DNA of 56,862 nt, filler included, from Candidatus Coatesbacteria bacterium (lineage in GTDB: Bacteria; JAFGND01), in assembly GCA_016927185.1 (NCBI GenBank). It is 3 parts of 3 records of this genome, joined end to end, with 100 filler letters (N's around TTAATTAATTAA, not from the genome) between each part and the next. Parts side by side here need not be neighbours in the genome. Positions count along the whole stretch, not along the records: positions 19,670 to 48,857 come from JAFGND010000013.1; 2 more parts are not named here. One strand, given 5' to 3'. Positions 19,737 to 29,217 of the stretch are shown here, piece after piece. The position numbers and the translations under genes were made by a program. Numbering within the stretch: the stretch's first letter is position 1; each line of letters starts with the position of its first letter. The notes below the pieces were generated by a model. That model did no database searches, had not been told where the DNA came from, and was given only the letters and a program-made list of their open reading frames with translations.

Positions 19737-19968
19737 GTTTTTAACGAGCAACAACAACAATCCTAACAAGAAGCTACTAGAACCATATTTTAGAGCAGGT
19801 ATTTATTTGATTCTTCCTCATCAGAAATATGGAAAAATTGTCTATTCGTCTTATTACCATGAACAGTATAATACAATGCCTTTGGATAAGTTTATCCAAA
19901 CAGTCAAGAAAGTTATTGAACATGGTAACAAAATAAGAGTTGAAGAAGGTTTGAAACCGATAGACTAA
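19737..19968 (+). pseudogene. 3' remnant of an unknown CDS
   Basis: Open frame ending ...KKVIEHGNKIRVEEGLKPID with no convincing start or RBS. Confidence 0.35.
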
Positions 19969-20015
19969 AATTATGGAATCTGGAGAGAATTGAATCTGGG
20001 GAAACTGAAAAGACC

Positions 20016-20088
20016 TGCACCCGGCAGGAATTGAACCTGCATACTTCGGAACCGGAATCCGACGCTCTATCCTTTAAGCTACGGGTGC
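20016..20088 (-). tRNA. tRNA-Arg(CCG)
   Basis: Reverse complement GCACCCGTAGCTTAAAGGATAGAGC-GTCGGATTCCGGTTCCGAA...GCAGGTTCAATTCCTGCCGGGTGCA, anticodon CCG. Confidence 0.93.
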
Positions 20089-20094
20089 TATTAT

Positions 20095-20625
20095 CTAGAA
20101 AGGAAGATCATCGTCCGCATTGCCGGGAACATCAGGAATGTCTGAAAAACCTTCCTTTGAATCATCAGAAGAAGCATAATCAGAGTAATCATTTGTTTCA
20201 TCAGGTACTGTCTGGCTTTCCTGCTTCTTGTTACTTGATGAGGCAAGCTGCTCATAATCCTGATAGATGTTGGAAGACGATTCTCCCTTTGAAGTCAATA
20301 TTTGTACATTCATTATCCTGATTTCAGTAGAATATCTCTTCTTTCCTTCCCTGTCTTGCCATTCCCTTGTATGTAATTTTCCCTCTACATACAGTTTAAT
20401 TCCTTTTTTCAGAAAAGGCATTAGATTTTCAGCCATTTTACCTGCAAGAACACATCTATGCCATTCCGTTCTGTCCGATGATTCATTGGTCTTATCGTTT
20501 CTCACTCTTTCAGTAGTTGCAAGGCTGAATGTACATATAGGAAACTTGTTTTGTGTATAATTCATTTCTGCATCTTTGCCAATGTTGCCTAGTAGTATTA
20601 CCTTGTTGACACTTCTGTAATCCAT
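20095..20625 (-). CDS. ssb: Single-stranded DNA-binding protein
   Basis: SVNKVILLGNIGKD, TEWHR, VEGKLHTREW, acidic tail DDDLPF. Start at ATG 20625. Confidence 0.96.
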   Translation of the reverse strand: MDYRSVNKVILLGNIGKDAEMNYTQNKFPICTFSLATTERVRNDKTNESSDRTEWHRCVLAGKMAENLMPFLKKGIKLYVEGKLHTREWQDREGKKRYSTEIRIMNVQILTSKGESSSNIYQDYEQLASSSNKKQESQTVPDETNDYSDYASSDDSKEGFSDIPDVPGNADDDLPF

Positions 20626-20645
20626 AATTCTCTCCCTTGAAATTG

Positions 20646-21629
20646 TTACTTTTGCATTGAAATAGCATCCTTTGGGCATTTTTCTGCACAAATTCCGCAA
20701 GAAATACATTTCTTTGCATCAATGACATGTTTCTGCTTGGTTTCACCTGATATTGCTTCCACAGGACAATTTTTTTTGCAAATGGTGCACCCAATACATT
20801 TTTCTTCATCAATAATATATGTTTTTCTTGGTGCTTTTCTATCAATAATAAGTTTTACTGGACATACAGTTGCACAATATCCACATGAAATGCATTTTTC
20901 TTCATTTATTACAGGATAATTGTTAACCATTTCAATTGCATTTACAGGGCACTTTTTTGCGCATAATCCGCATGCAATACAACCGAGTGAACATATTTTT
21001 TTTACTACTGCACCTTGCTGCTTGTTCACGCATGGAATGAAAACTATTTTGGATCTCGGAACGAGAGTAATTATGGATCTGGGACATGCAGAAACACATT
21101 TGCCGCATCCCGTGCATTTTTCTTCGTTCACAACTGGCAGCCTATTGTCATTCATTTTTATCGCATCAAATGGACATACTTCCGTACATGTTCCAAATCC
21201 AAGACATCCATAAATGCAGCCTTTTCCTCCCTCAGCTATTGCGAAAACAGCCCTGCAATCATAATAACCATCATAGTTTGCAAAACTGATTGCCTCTTCC
21301 TTGCCTCCCTGACAGCGTACAAAAGCAATCTGGGCAATCTTTTCTTCAGCAACTGTTCCCATTATTTTAGCAATTTTCTCTGCAACTGCAGGTCCTCCGG
21401 GGATGCAGGCATTCACAGGTAGTCCATCCTTTACAATTCCCGAGGCATAGCCACTGCAACCAGGATAACCACAAGCTCCACAATTAGCTCCTGGAAGAGC
21501 TTCAATTATTTGCTCCTCTCTTGGGTCTTTTTCAAGATAGAAATACTTTGAAGCAATAGCCAGACCTGCCCCGAATACCAAACCCATGATTGCCATACTT
21601 ACAAAGGACTGTATAATTATTGTTTCCAT
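20646..21629 (-). CDS. rnfB: Rnf complex subunit B (polyferredoxin type)
   Basis: LPGANCGACGYPGC FeS domain plus six CxxCxxCxxxCP-type motifs. Confidence 0.93.
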   Translation of the reverse strand: METIIIQSFVSMAIMGLVFGAGLAIASKYFYLEKDPREEQIIEALPGANCGACGYPGCSGYASGIVKDGLPVNACIPGGPAVAEKIAKIMGTVAEEKIAQIAFVRCQGGKEEAISFANYDGYYDCRAVFAIAEGGKGCIYGCLGFGTCTEVCPFDAIKMNDNRLPVVNEEKCTGCGKCVSACPRSIITLVPRSKIVFIPCVNKQQGAVVKKICSLGCIACGLCAKKCPVNAIEMVNNYPVINEEKCISCGYCATVCPVKLIIDRKAPRKTYIIDEEKCIGCTICKKNCPVEAISGETKQKHVIDAKKCISCGICAEKCPKDAISMQK

Positions 21630-21638
21630 AAAATCTCC

Positions 21639-22223
21639 TTAAAAGGATAAACCTGCAAAGCCCATGAATGCAAGACCCATTGAAGCAGCAGTAACGAATG
21701 TTATTGGAAAACCCTGGAATGGTTTGGGTATATCAGCAGTTTCATATCTTTCCCTAAGTCCTGACATGAGAAGCAGTGCCATCGTAAATCCAATCCCACC
21801 CATGAAACCATTAACAAGACTTTCAATGAAGGTGAATTTTTCATTTACGTTCAGTACTGCAACACCAAGAACTGCACAGTTTGTTGTTATCAAAGGCAGA
21901 TATATTCCTAATGCAGTATAAAGCGATGGGCTTATCTTTGCAATAACCATCTCCACGAATTGAACCAGAGCAGCAATGACAAGAATAAAGAGCAATGTCT
22001 GCAGAAATTCAAGTTTCAATGGTACTAGCAAATACGTATTTAATGCATAACATACAGCTGATGCCAGTGACATAACAAATATGACAGCAAATCCCATCCC
22101 GGTAGCGCTATCAAGTTTCTTGCTTACTCCAACAAATGGACATATTCCCAGAAATCTGCTGAAAATATAGTTGTTTATGAAAACTGCACCAATACTGATA
22201 ACAATAAGTTTTCCAAAATCCAT
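21639..22223 (-). CDS. rnfA: Rnf complex subunit A
   Basis: FLGICPFVGVS, LGIYLPLITTNCAVLG. Confidence 0.95.
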   Translation of the reverse strand: MDFGKLIVISIGAVFINNYIFSRFLGICPFVGVSKKLDSATGMGFAVIFVMSLASAVCYALNTYLLVPLKLEFLQTLLFILVIAALVQFVEMVIAKISPSLYTALGIYLPLITTNCAVLGVAVLNVNEKFTFIESLVNGFMGGIGFTMALLLMSGLRERYETADIPKPFQGFPITFVTAASMGLAFMGFAGLSF

Positions 22224-22825
22224 TATGCTTTCTCCTTCCTTAATCTAAGCCAGGCGAATAAAGCCATGAGACTCCCCAGAACCAAAAAAGCTCCTGGAGG
22301 AAGTATCATGATCAAGGCTGGATTGAAATAGTTTTCAGGCAAGATGACTATATTGAAGAGCTTTCCTGTGCCAGTTAACTCTCTTATGAAGGCGAGTAAC
22401 AGTAATGCCATTGTAAATCCTATTCCCATTCCTATTCCATCTAGAGTACTTGCTATTATCCCGTTCTTGCCTGCAAAAGCCTCAGCTCTTCCCAGTATTA
22501 TGCAGTTAACTACTATAAGAGGTATGAATATTCCCAGACTTTTACTTAATTCAGGAAACCATGCCTTCATGCTTAAGTCTACAATTGTTACAAAAGCTGC
22601 AATCACTACAATATAGCACGGTATTCTGATTGTGTTTGGTATAATCTTTCTCAGAATTGAAATCAGGATGTTACTGCAGACTAAAACAAATGTTGCAGCA
22701 ATACCCATACCCACTGCATTAGACATGGAAGTAGAAGTTGCTAACGTAGGACACATCCCCAGCATTATGACAAAAATCGGATTTTCCTTGAAAAATCCTT
22801 TTGTTAACTCTCCCATCATTTTCAT
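22223..22825 (-). CDS. rnfE: Rnf complex subunit E
   Basis: ENPIFVIMLGMCPTLA, FIPLIVVNCIILGRAEAFA, LPPGAF. Confidence 0.95.
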   Translation of the reverse strand: MKMMGELTKGFFKENPIFVIMLGMCPTLATSTSMSNAVGMGIAATFVLVCSNILISILRKIIPNTIRIPCYIVVIAAFVTIVDLSMKAWFPELSKSLGIFIPLIVVNCIILGRAEAFAGKNGIIASTLDGIGMGIGFTMALLLLAFIRELTGTGKLFNIVILPENYFNPALIMILPPGAFLVLGSLMALFAWLRLRKEKA

Positions 22826-23508
22826 TGTCTTACCCCCTGTCTAGGTGGTTTGCTTTCTCTTGTTAATTCAGTATTTCTTTTATGATCTTTTCTGTGATTT
22901 TCACAAGGTTCAGTACATGGAGTTCCATCTGAACAATCACATTTCTTCTCGTCTCCTTTTTTCAGGGAAATATTTCCAATAATCTTGCTTATTTTTTCCC
23001 ATGTTTCACTTATTGAACTGCAGACAGCTCTTGGTGTGATCGTTGCACCCGTAATAGGCTTAATATCTCCACCATCTGGTTCAACCTTCACAGCATTTGC
23101 TTTCTTTTTCTTGAATTTATCAAGATGCTTGTCTTCTGCTATCAATGCTCCAAGACCTGGTGTTTCGGATTGCGTGATAACCTTTACTCCTATTATTTCT
23201 CCGTTGCAATTTACTCCTACTATGCTTATAATGTTTGATGAATAACCTCTTCCTTCTGCAGTAAAGCAATATCCCACTACTTTCCCGCTTTCGTCTTTTC
23301 CCTCGAAATAGGATAATTTATCATCTATCTTCTTCTCTTCAAAGGTTTTTGCTGAAGGTAAAACGAATTTTCTGGCTTCCTCCTTTGATTTTTTAGCCTG
23401 ATTCTCTATTTCAGGTTTTGTTATCGCGTATATAGCTCCTAGAATTCCTGCAGCAATTCCTGAAATGAGAAGCAAGGTTATACCAAGATGGAGTATGTTC
23501 TTAAGCAT
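22822..23508 (-). CDS. rnfG: Rnf complex subunit G
   Basis: N-terminal TM, GYSS, ETPGLG, FMN attachment ITGATIT. Start ATG 23508 after GAGG. Confidence 0.92.
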   Translation of the reverse strand: MLKNILHLGITLLLISGIAAGILGAIYAITKPEIENQAKKSKEEARKFVLPSAKTFEEKKIDDKLSYFEGKDESGKVVGYCFTAEGRGYSSNIISIVGVNCNGEIIGVKVITQSETPGLGALIAEDKHLDKFKKKKANAVKVEPDGGDIKPITGATITPRAVCSSISETWEKISKIIGNISLKKGDEKKCDCSDGTPCTEPCENHRKDHKRNTELTRESKPPRQGVRQ

Positions 23509-24580
23509 TCTTGACCTCCTCTTTCTTGGGTGGAATAAAACCATAGATTTTGGGTCTTGTATATCTGTCTATCAACGGAACTGTTACATTCATAATCAGA
23601 ATTGAATAGCAGCACCCTTCAGGATATCCTCCCCAAAAACGGATTATGATGACAATCAATCCTCCACCAATTCCATATATTATTCTGCCCAGGGGAGTAA
23701 CAGGGGAGGTTACCATATCAGTCAGCATGAAAATACCCCCAAGCATTACCCCACCTGCAAAGAGATGGAATAAACCTGTCCTGATGCAGAACTTTCCTTC
23801 TATGCCCCCCAGAAGAATGCTTAAAACAAAAATGGTTCCGAAATAGGTAGCTGGTATTTTCCAGTCTATTATCTTCTTTGCCAGCAGGTAAATCCCTCCT
23901 ATTATCAATAACAAAGCTGAAGTTTCACCTATACATCCTCCAACCCTGCCAACAAGCAAATTGATAAGATTAGGGGCATCAATCAGTGCATTGTAATTAT
24001 CTATAAGGCTTTGCTCAAGATTTCCTCCAGCTGGTAATGCATGTTTCGCTTTAGATATAGTTTTCATGACAGTTAACGGAGTAGCTGATGTAATAAGATT
24101 TCCAGCCTTCAGCAATCCTGAAAGAGTTCCTCCGGATGGTGCCATGTTTTCATACCATTTGGTCATAGTGACAGGCCAGGATGCAAGCAGGAATGCTCTT
24201 CCGATAAGTGCAGGATTAAGTGGATTATTTCCCAATCCACCGAAAAATTGCTTTCCGACTATTATTCCAATTGCTGCTCCAAGGAAAGGCATCCATAAGG
24301 GTGTATGTGGAGGTAAATTGAATGCAAGCAAAATACCTGTTATCAATGCGCTGCCATCTTTGATAGTATTTGGAACACCTCTTATTTTTGTTGACAGATA
24401 TTCTGCAAGGAGTGCTCCTGCAATTGCTGATACAATAGTATATATTGCAGTCAACCCAAAAAAGTAAATGGAGCCAATCAAGGCAGGGATTAATGCAATA
24501 TTAACATCCCACATAATCCGGGAAACCGTCCCTTTGTCCCTGATATGAGGGGACATACTGATTAATAATTGATTACTCAT
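23501..24580 (-). CDS. rnfD: Rnf complex subunit D
   Basis: SPHIR, FGGLGNNPLNPALIGRAFL, FMN site TSATPL, GGCIGETS, TDMVTSP, GGYPEG. Confidence 0.95.
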   Translation of the reverse strand: MSNQLLISMSPHIRDKGTVSRIMWDVNIALIPALIGSIYFFGLTAIYTIVSAIAGALLAEYLSTKIRGVPNTIKDGSALITGILLAFNLPPHTPLWMPFLGAAIGIIVGKQFFGGLGNNPLNPALIGRAFLLASWPVTMTKWYENMAPSGGTLSGLLKAGNLITSATPLTVMKTISKAKHALPAGGNLEQSLIDNYNALIDAPNLINLLVGRVGGCIGETSALLLIIGGIYLLAKKIIDWKIPATYFGTIFVLSILLGGIEGKFCIRTGLFHLFAGGVMLGGIFMLTDMVTSPVTPLGRIIYGIGGGLIVIIIRFWGGYPEGCCYSILIMNVTVPLIDRYTRPKIYGFIPPKKEEVKNA

Positions 24581-25911
24581 GCTTTTTTCTTCCTCATTAA
24601 TGCTCTTATTTCAAATTCCCCCAGCTTCATTGCCTGGACTAATCGCCGCTTTGCTGGACAAACATAACTACAAGTTCCACATTTTATGCAATCCAGAATA
24701 TTGTATTTTTGAGCTTCTTCCCACATCTTTTTTTCAACGAATGCAGCAATGAGACAAGGCATTAAATGAATTGGACAATGATCAACGCATCTTGCACATC
24801 TAATGCAAGGTTCTGGTTCCCATGACTCTGCCTCCTTTCTGGAAAGACAGAGAAGCCCTGATGAACCTTTTGTTATATATGTATCAATAGTTTTCTGGGC
24901 AAGTCCCATCATTGGACCACCAGATATCAGTTTCCCTATATTATTAGTATCAACTTTGCAATAGTCGAGTATTTCTTTTACAGACGTTCCTATTCTTACA
25001 TTCAGGTTTTTTCTTCCATTTTCAGGAACAGCAGCTCCTGTGATTGTACAAATTCTTTCTATCAAAGGTTTTCCTTCAACCACTGCCTGATAAGCAGCAT
25101 AAGTTGTTCCTACATTCTGTACAATACAACCTGCTGCCATTGGAAGACCACCAGAAGGAACCTGCCTATCTGTGCATGCTTCTATCAGTTGTTTTTCTGC
25201 TCCCTGAGGATATTTAACCTTCAAAGCTATTACTTCTATTCCCTGAGAAGATGCAGTTTTCTCCTTCATTATGGCAATTGCATCTGGTTTGTTGTTTTCT
25301 ATGGCAATTATGCATTTTGTCAGATCAAGTATTCTCATTAAAATTCTTGCACCCTTTATAATACTCTCCGTCTTTTCTAACATCAACCTGTAATCAGCTG
25401 TCAAATAAGGTTCACATTCCACTCCATTTATTATAAGAGTATCTATCTTGAAATCCTTGGGTGGTGAAAGCTTTACATGCATAGGAAAAGTAGCTCCTCC
25501 CATCCCAACTAAACCGCATTCTTGAACTCTTTTCTTTAAAACATCAATCTCTGTTTTCTCTATATCAAGTTGCTGGAAACCATCAAACCATATATCATCC
25601 TGGGTTCTTTCTATCTCTATTGCCTGGGATATAGTACCAAGAGGGGTAAAAGCTTCTGTAATCTTTTTTACCTTGCCAGTTATACTGCTATGTTGCGGAA
25701 TACTCACAAATCCCGTTGATTCAGCAATAGGTTCTCCAGTTTTAACTTCCTGACCTGCCTTGACAATAGGTTTTGAGGGTGAACCAAGTTGCTGGGACAT
25801 TAAAATCACTACACTCGAAGGCAAAGGATAGTCTTCAATCCTCTTCTCCCGGGAAAGTTCCTTGTAATCATGGGGATGAACACCACCTTTGAAAGTCTTC
25901 AAATCACTCAT
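24577..25911 (-). CDS. rnfC: Rnf complex subunit C
   Basis: TFKGGVHP, GMGGATFP, NGVECEPYLTAD, KYPQGAEKQL, GGPMMG, two 4Fe-4S motifs. Confidence 0.95.
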   Translation of the reverse strand: MSDLKTFKGGVHPHDYKELSREKRIEDYPLPSSVVILMSQQLGSPSKPIVKAGQEVKTGEPIAESTGFVSIPQHSSITGKVKKITEAFTPLGTISQAIEIERTQDDIWFDGFQQLDIEKTEIDVLKKRVQECGLVGMGGATFPMHVKLSPPKDFKIDTLIINGVECEPYLTADYRLMLEKTESIIKGARILMRILDLTKCIIAIENNKPDAIAIMKEKTASSQGIEVIALKVKYPQGAEKQLIEACTDRQVPSGGLPMAAGCIVQNVGTTYAAYQAVVEGKPLIERICTITGAAVPENGRKNLNVRIGTSVKEILDYCKVDTNNIGKLISGGPMMGLAQKTIDTYITKGSSGLLCLSRKEAESWEPEPCIRCARCVDHCPIHLMPCLIAAFVEKKMWEEAQKYNILDCIKCGTCSYVCPAKRRLVQAMKLGEFEIRALMRKKKA

Positions 25912-26239
25912 AAACACCTCTTAATCTCTAATGAGTTTGCTTTCATGCCTAAGGAAAAACTGACTATAGTTGTGTCAAGAAAATTACAGATAAACTATAT
26001 TTTGCGAAAATTTACCTTGTTTTTTTGAATAATCATAAGCCAGATTATGGAAACTTATAACAATACTCATGTATGTCCATAATTTATTATAATCCAACAT
26101 ATTAAAAAATATGCATTCTAAAAAAAACTGAGTATTCACAAGCAAACTAATCCTTCAAATATATTTTGCTTGACTGAATATGTTAATATAGACCAGATAA
26201 CACCGTTATTAAATCACTACTTATGTAGGGAGGGAGATA

Positions 26240-27667
26240 ATGCAGAGCAAAGTTTTATACTTGCCTTTTCTTGTTTTATTGTTTTTTTTCAGTCCTGCCC
26301 TGGCAACTCTGCCATTTGATATTTGCGCAGTTGATAACCCTAATGATGCAGGTACAACCTTGCTGGTTAGCTGGAAGTGCAAAGATCCTGAGTTTGCCAA
26401 GATTTATCCCGAGATAATGATTCAGAGAAAAGAGGTTGGATATAAAAAGGCAATCATCATGGGTTGTATTGAGGGATCTGAACAAATGCAGCCTGTAGCT
26501 ATTGTAAAGTGCAAAGAAGGACCAGCCAGGTTTAAGGCAATAGACGTCGGACCTGAAGGCAAATTCATAGTGCTTCAGGGAGACAACAAGACTATAGAGA
26601 AAATTGAGGGCAATAATTTAACAAGTATTATTGAAAAACTAAGCAAAAACAAGGATCTTGAAGTCACTCTTGTAAACAGGAATTTAAGGCTGAGCCAGAA
26701 TACTTTTGCTTTCAATGATTATGAAACTATTCACAAAGCACCATCTGCAGAACCTGGAGGCAAAGAAGACAAGGAATTAATAAGTGGCAGGAATTATACC
26801 TACAGGATAATTGCCTTGAACGCAAGCAATGTTGAGACTGTTGATTATGTCGAGAGCCTTCCTGCTCAACCAGTTGCTCAATGGTTCAACACTGGAAGAA
26901 TAAATATACTGGTTGGTGTTTTATTATTCGCCTCTCTCATTATCCTGTTTATCCAGGTTGCCAAGAGGGGAAAAGATCTTTATATAAGAAAGATCGCTGG
27001 CTTATCAGCAGTTGATGAAGCAATTGGAAGAGCTACCGAAATGGGAAAACCTATTCTCTTTGTACCAGGGATAAGCGGAATAGCTGATATAGAAACAATG
27101 GCTTCGATGGTTATCCTGGCAAGAGTATCAAACAAAGTAGCTGAATATGATACTCCTATTTTCGTACCATGCTGTGATCCAATAGTTATGACAACAGCAC
27201 AGGAAATAGTTAAAGAAGGCTTCTTGCGTGCAGGAAGACCTGATGCATATAATCCTGATTATGTTAACTTCATTACCCAGGATCAGTTTGGTTACACTGC
27301 AGGTGTAAATGGTCTTATGATGAGAGAAAGACCTGGTTCAATATTCCTGCTTGGTTATTTTGCAGCAGAAAGCCTTTTGCTTGCAGAAACAGGTCACGAG
27401 ACAGGAGCGATACAAATTGCAGGAACTGCTCAAGCATCCCAGCTTCCATTTTTCGTAACTGCATGCGATTATACATTGATAGGTGAGGAATTTTTTGCTG
27501 CAAGCGCATATTTATCAAGGGAACCAGTACTTATGGGTACTCTCATTGGGCAGGATATGGGGAAAATTGTTATTATTGGCTTGATAGTGATTTTTGCAAT
27601 TCTGAGTCTGTTAAGTCATTTTGGTGTTTTAGGTTTCAATCCTTCAGTAGTTTTTACTATAGAATAG
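26240..27667 (+). CDS. Membrane protein with extracytoplasmic FN3-like domain and C-terminal DUF6754-like domain
   Basis: Signal peptide, DNPNDAG..L.VSW and YTYRIIA (FN3-like), IRKIAGLSAVDEAIGRATEMGKP, AESLLLAETG, CDYTLIGEEFFAASAYLS. Confidence 0.7.
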   Translation: MQSKVLYLPFLVLLFFFSPALATLPFDICAVDNPNDAGTTLLVSWKCKDPEFAKIYPEIMIQRKEVGYKKAIIMGCIEGSEQMQPVAIVKCKEGPARFKAIDVGPEGKFIVLQGDNKTIEKIEGNNLTSIIEKLSKNKDLEVTLVNRNLRLSQNTFAFNDYETIHKAPSAEPGGKEDKELISGRNYTYRIIALNASNVETVDYVESLPAQPVAQWFNTGRINILVGVLLFASLIILFIQVAKRGKDLYIRKIAGLSAVDEAIGRATEMGKPILFVPGISGIADIETMASMVILARVSNKVAEYDTPIFVPCCDPIVMTTAQEIVKEGFLRAGRPDAYNPDYVNFITQDQFGYTAGVNGLMMRERPGSIFLLGYFAAESLLLAETGHETGAIQIAGTAQASQLPFFVTACDYTLIGEEFFAASAYLSREPVLMGTLIGQDMGKIVIIGLIVIFAILSLLSHFGVLGFNPSVVFTIE

Positions 27668-27679
27668 AAAGGAGCAGAT

Positions 27680-28318
27680 TTGAAAACGACATTACCTGTA
27701 ATTCTTACCTTTCTAGCTGGATTTCTTATGCTTTTTGGATTTTTCATCCCTCATTATCCATTTAATGAACTTCAAAGCACAACACTTAATTGGGGAATGA
27801 TTATAAGCGGATTCACAATGATTCTGGGAATAGCATCCTTGATTATTCACCACTACTTTAAAATCGCAAGAAAGGTTCGAGACTGGCAATTCTCGATAAT
27901 AGTATATGTATCTTACCTTGCAGTTTTCATAGTTGGTATGGTATTTGGAATAAATAATGGTTTGGCACTAGATCCTACACCAACAGGCTTCGTCTATTTC
28001 TATGTTTTTGAACCTCTGCAAGCAACCATGTTCAGTTTGCTTGCCTTTTATATTGCTAGTGCTTCTTACAGGGCATTCAGGGCAAGAAATTTCGAAGCAA
28101 CATTATTGTTGATTGCTGCAATAATAGTAATGATAGGAAGGGTTCCTATTGGAAAAGCTATCTGGATATATTTTCCAGATATTGCAAACTGGATAATGAC
28201 TGTTCCAAATGCTGCTGCTCAGAGAGGCATAATACTGGGAATAGCTCTTGGTGCAATCAGTATGAGTCTCAGGATATTGTTTGGTATTGAAAAACCATAT
28301 ATGGGAAGCAGCAAATAG
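27680..28318 (+). CDS. Conserved hypothetical multi-pass membrane protein
   Basis: About six TM segments, ATMFSLLAFYIASASYRAFRAR, PNAAAQRGI. AAAGGAG RBS with TTG start. Confidence 0.75.
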   Translation: MKTTLPVILTFLAGFLMLFGFFIPHYPFNELQSTTLNWGMIISGFTMILGIASLIIHHYFKIARKVRDWQFSIIVYVSYLAVFIVGMVFGINNGLALDPTPTGFVYFYVFEPLQATMFSLLAFYIASASYRAFRARNFEATLLLIAAIIVMIGRVPIGKAIWIYFPDIANWIMTVPNAAAQRGIILGIALGAISMSLRILFGIEKPYMGSSK

Positions 28319-28326
28319 GGGGAGAG

Positions 28327-29211
28327 ATGGATATTGTAAAATTAATGAAAATAGACAGAAGGATTTTGTTTGTATTCATATTTCTTTCTGTTCTCATTCC
28401 TTTCTTTCTGAAATGTAATATTCCTGTGGGAGAATCTCCTGAGACTGAAGCTCTTTTCAGGTACATAGACAATCTACCAGAGGGTAGTATTATTCTAATA
28501 TCAACTGATTATGATATGGCATCCAGACCGGAATTATATCCCATGGCTAAAGCAATTATAAGGCATGCCTTCATGAAAGGACATAAGATAGTATCTATCT
28601 GTTTATGGCCTAATGGAGTTGGTCTTGCAGAAAATTCTGTAACTGAAGTAGCAGCAAAACTTAATGAAAAAAGACCGGAAGATAAGAAATTAAGGCATGG
28701 CAAGGATTATCTTATAACTGGTTATCGTGCTGGAGTAGCAATAGTAATAATGAGTATAGGGGATTCATTTTCCAGGACATTTGGTACATGTGCATCCATA
28801 ACGGAGAATATAGATGGAAAAAAGACAACTATCCCATCTATTTCTCTGGATGATCATCACAGGCTTCCGATAATGAAGAATATAAAGAATTATGATTCTT
28901 TTAAATTAACAATTCCCTTTGCTGCAGGAGCATCAGTTGATGCATGGATAGAGTTTGCAGGAGCTCGATATCATCAACCTGTTGCACTGGGTGTAACTGC
29001 AGTAAGTGCACCTAGATATTATCCCTTCTTTCCAAATCAAATAGTTGGATTGGTAGGAGGATTGAAAGGCGCAGCAGAATATGAGAATCTTATAAAGAAT
29101 CCTGACTGGGCAACAAAAGGAATGGATGCGCAATCAGCTGCTCATATTCTTATTATTCTTTTCATTATAATAGGAAATATCGCTTATTTTATTTCAATAA
29201 AGAAGAAATAG
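28327..29211 (+). CDS. Conserved hypothetical membrane protein (two TM anchors around a soluble alpha/beta domain)
   Basis: IDRRILF, GKDYL..GY.AG, GLVGGLKGAAEYE, MDAQSAAH. GGGGAG RBS. Confidence 0.75.
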   Translation: MDIVKLMKIDRRILFVFIFLSVLIPFFLKCNIPVGESPETEALFRYIDNLPEGSIILISTDYDMASRPELYPMAKAIIRHAFMKGHKIVSICLWPNGVGLAENSVTEVAAKLNEKRPEDKKLRHGKDYLITGYRAGVAIVIMSIGDSFSRTFGTCASITENIDGKKTTIPSISLDDHHRLPIMKNIKNYDSFKLTIPFAAGASVDAWIEFAGARYHQPVALGVTAVSAPRYYPFFPNQIVGLVGGLKGAAEYENLIKNPDWATKGMDAQSAAHILIILFIIIGNIAYFISIKKK

Positions 29212-29217
29212 GGGGAG

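Noticed and set aside
26120..26145. TTCACAA as a Rex operator upstream of rnf
   Set aside because: Only one half-site is present, without the matching TTGTGAA arm.
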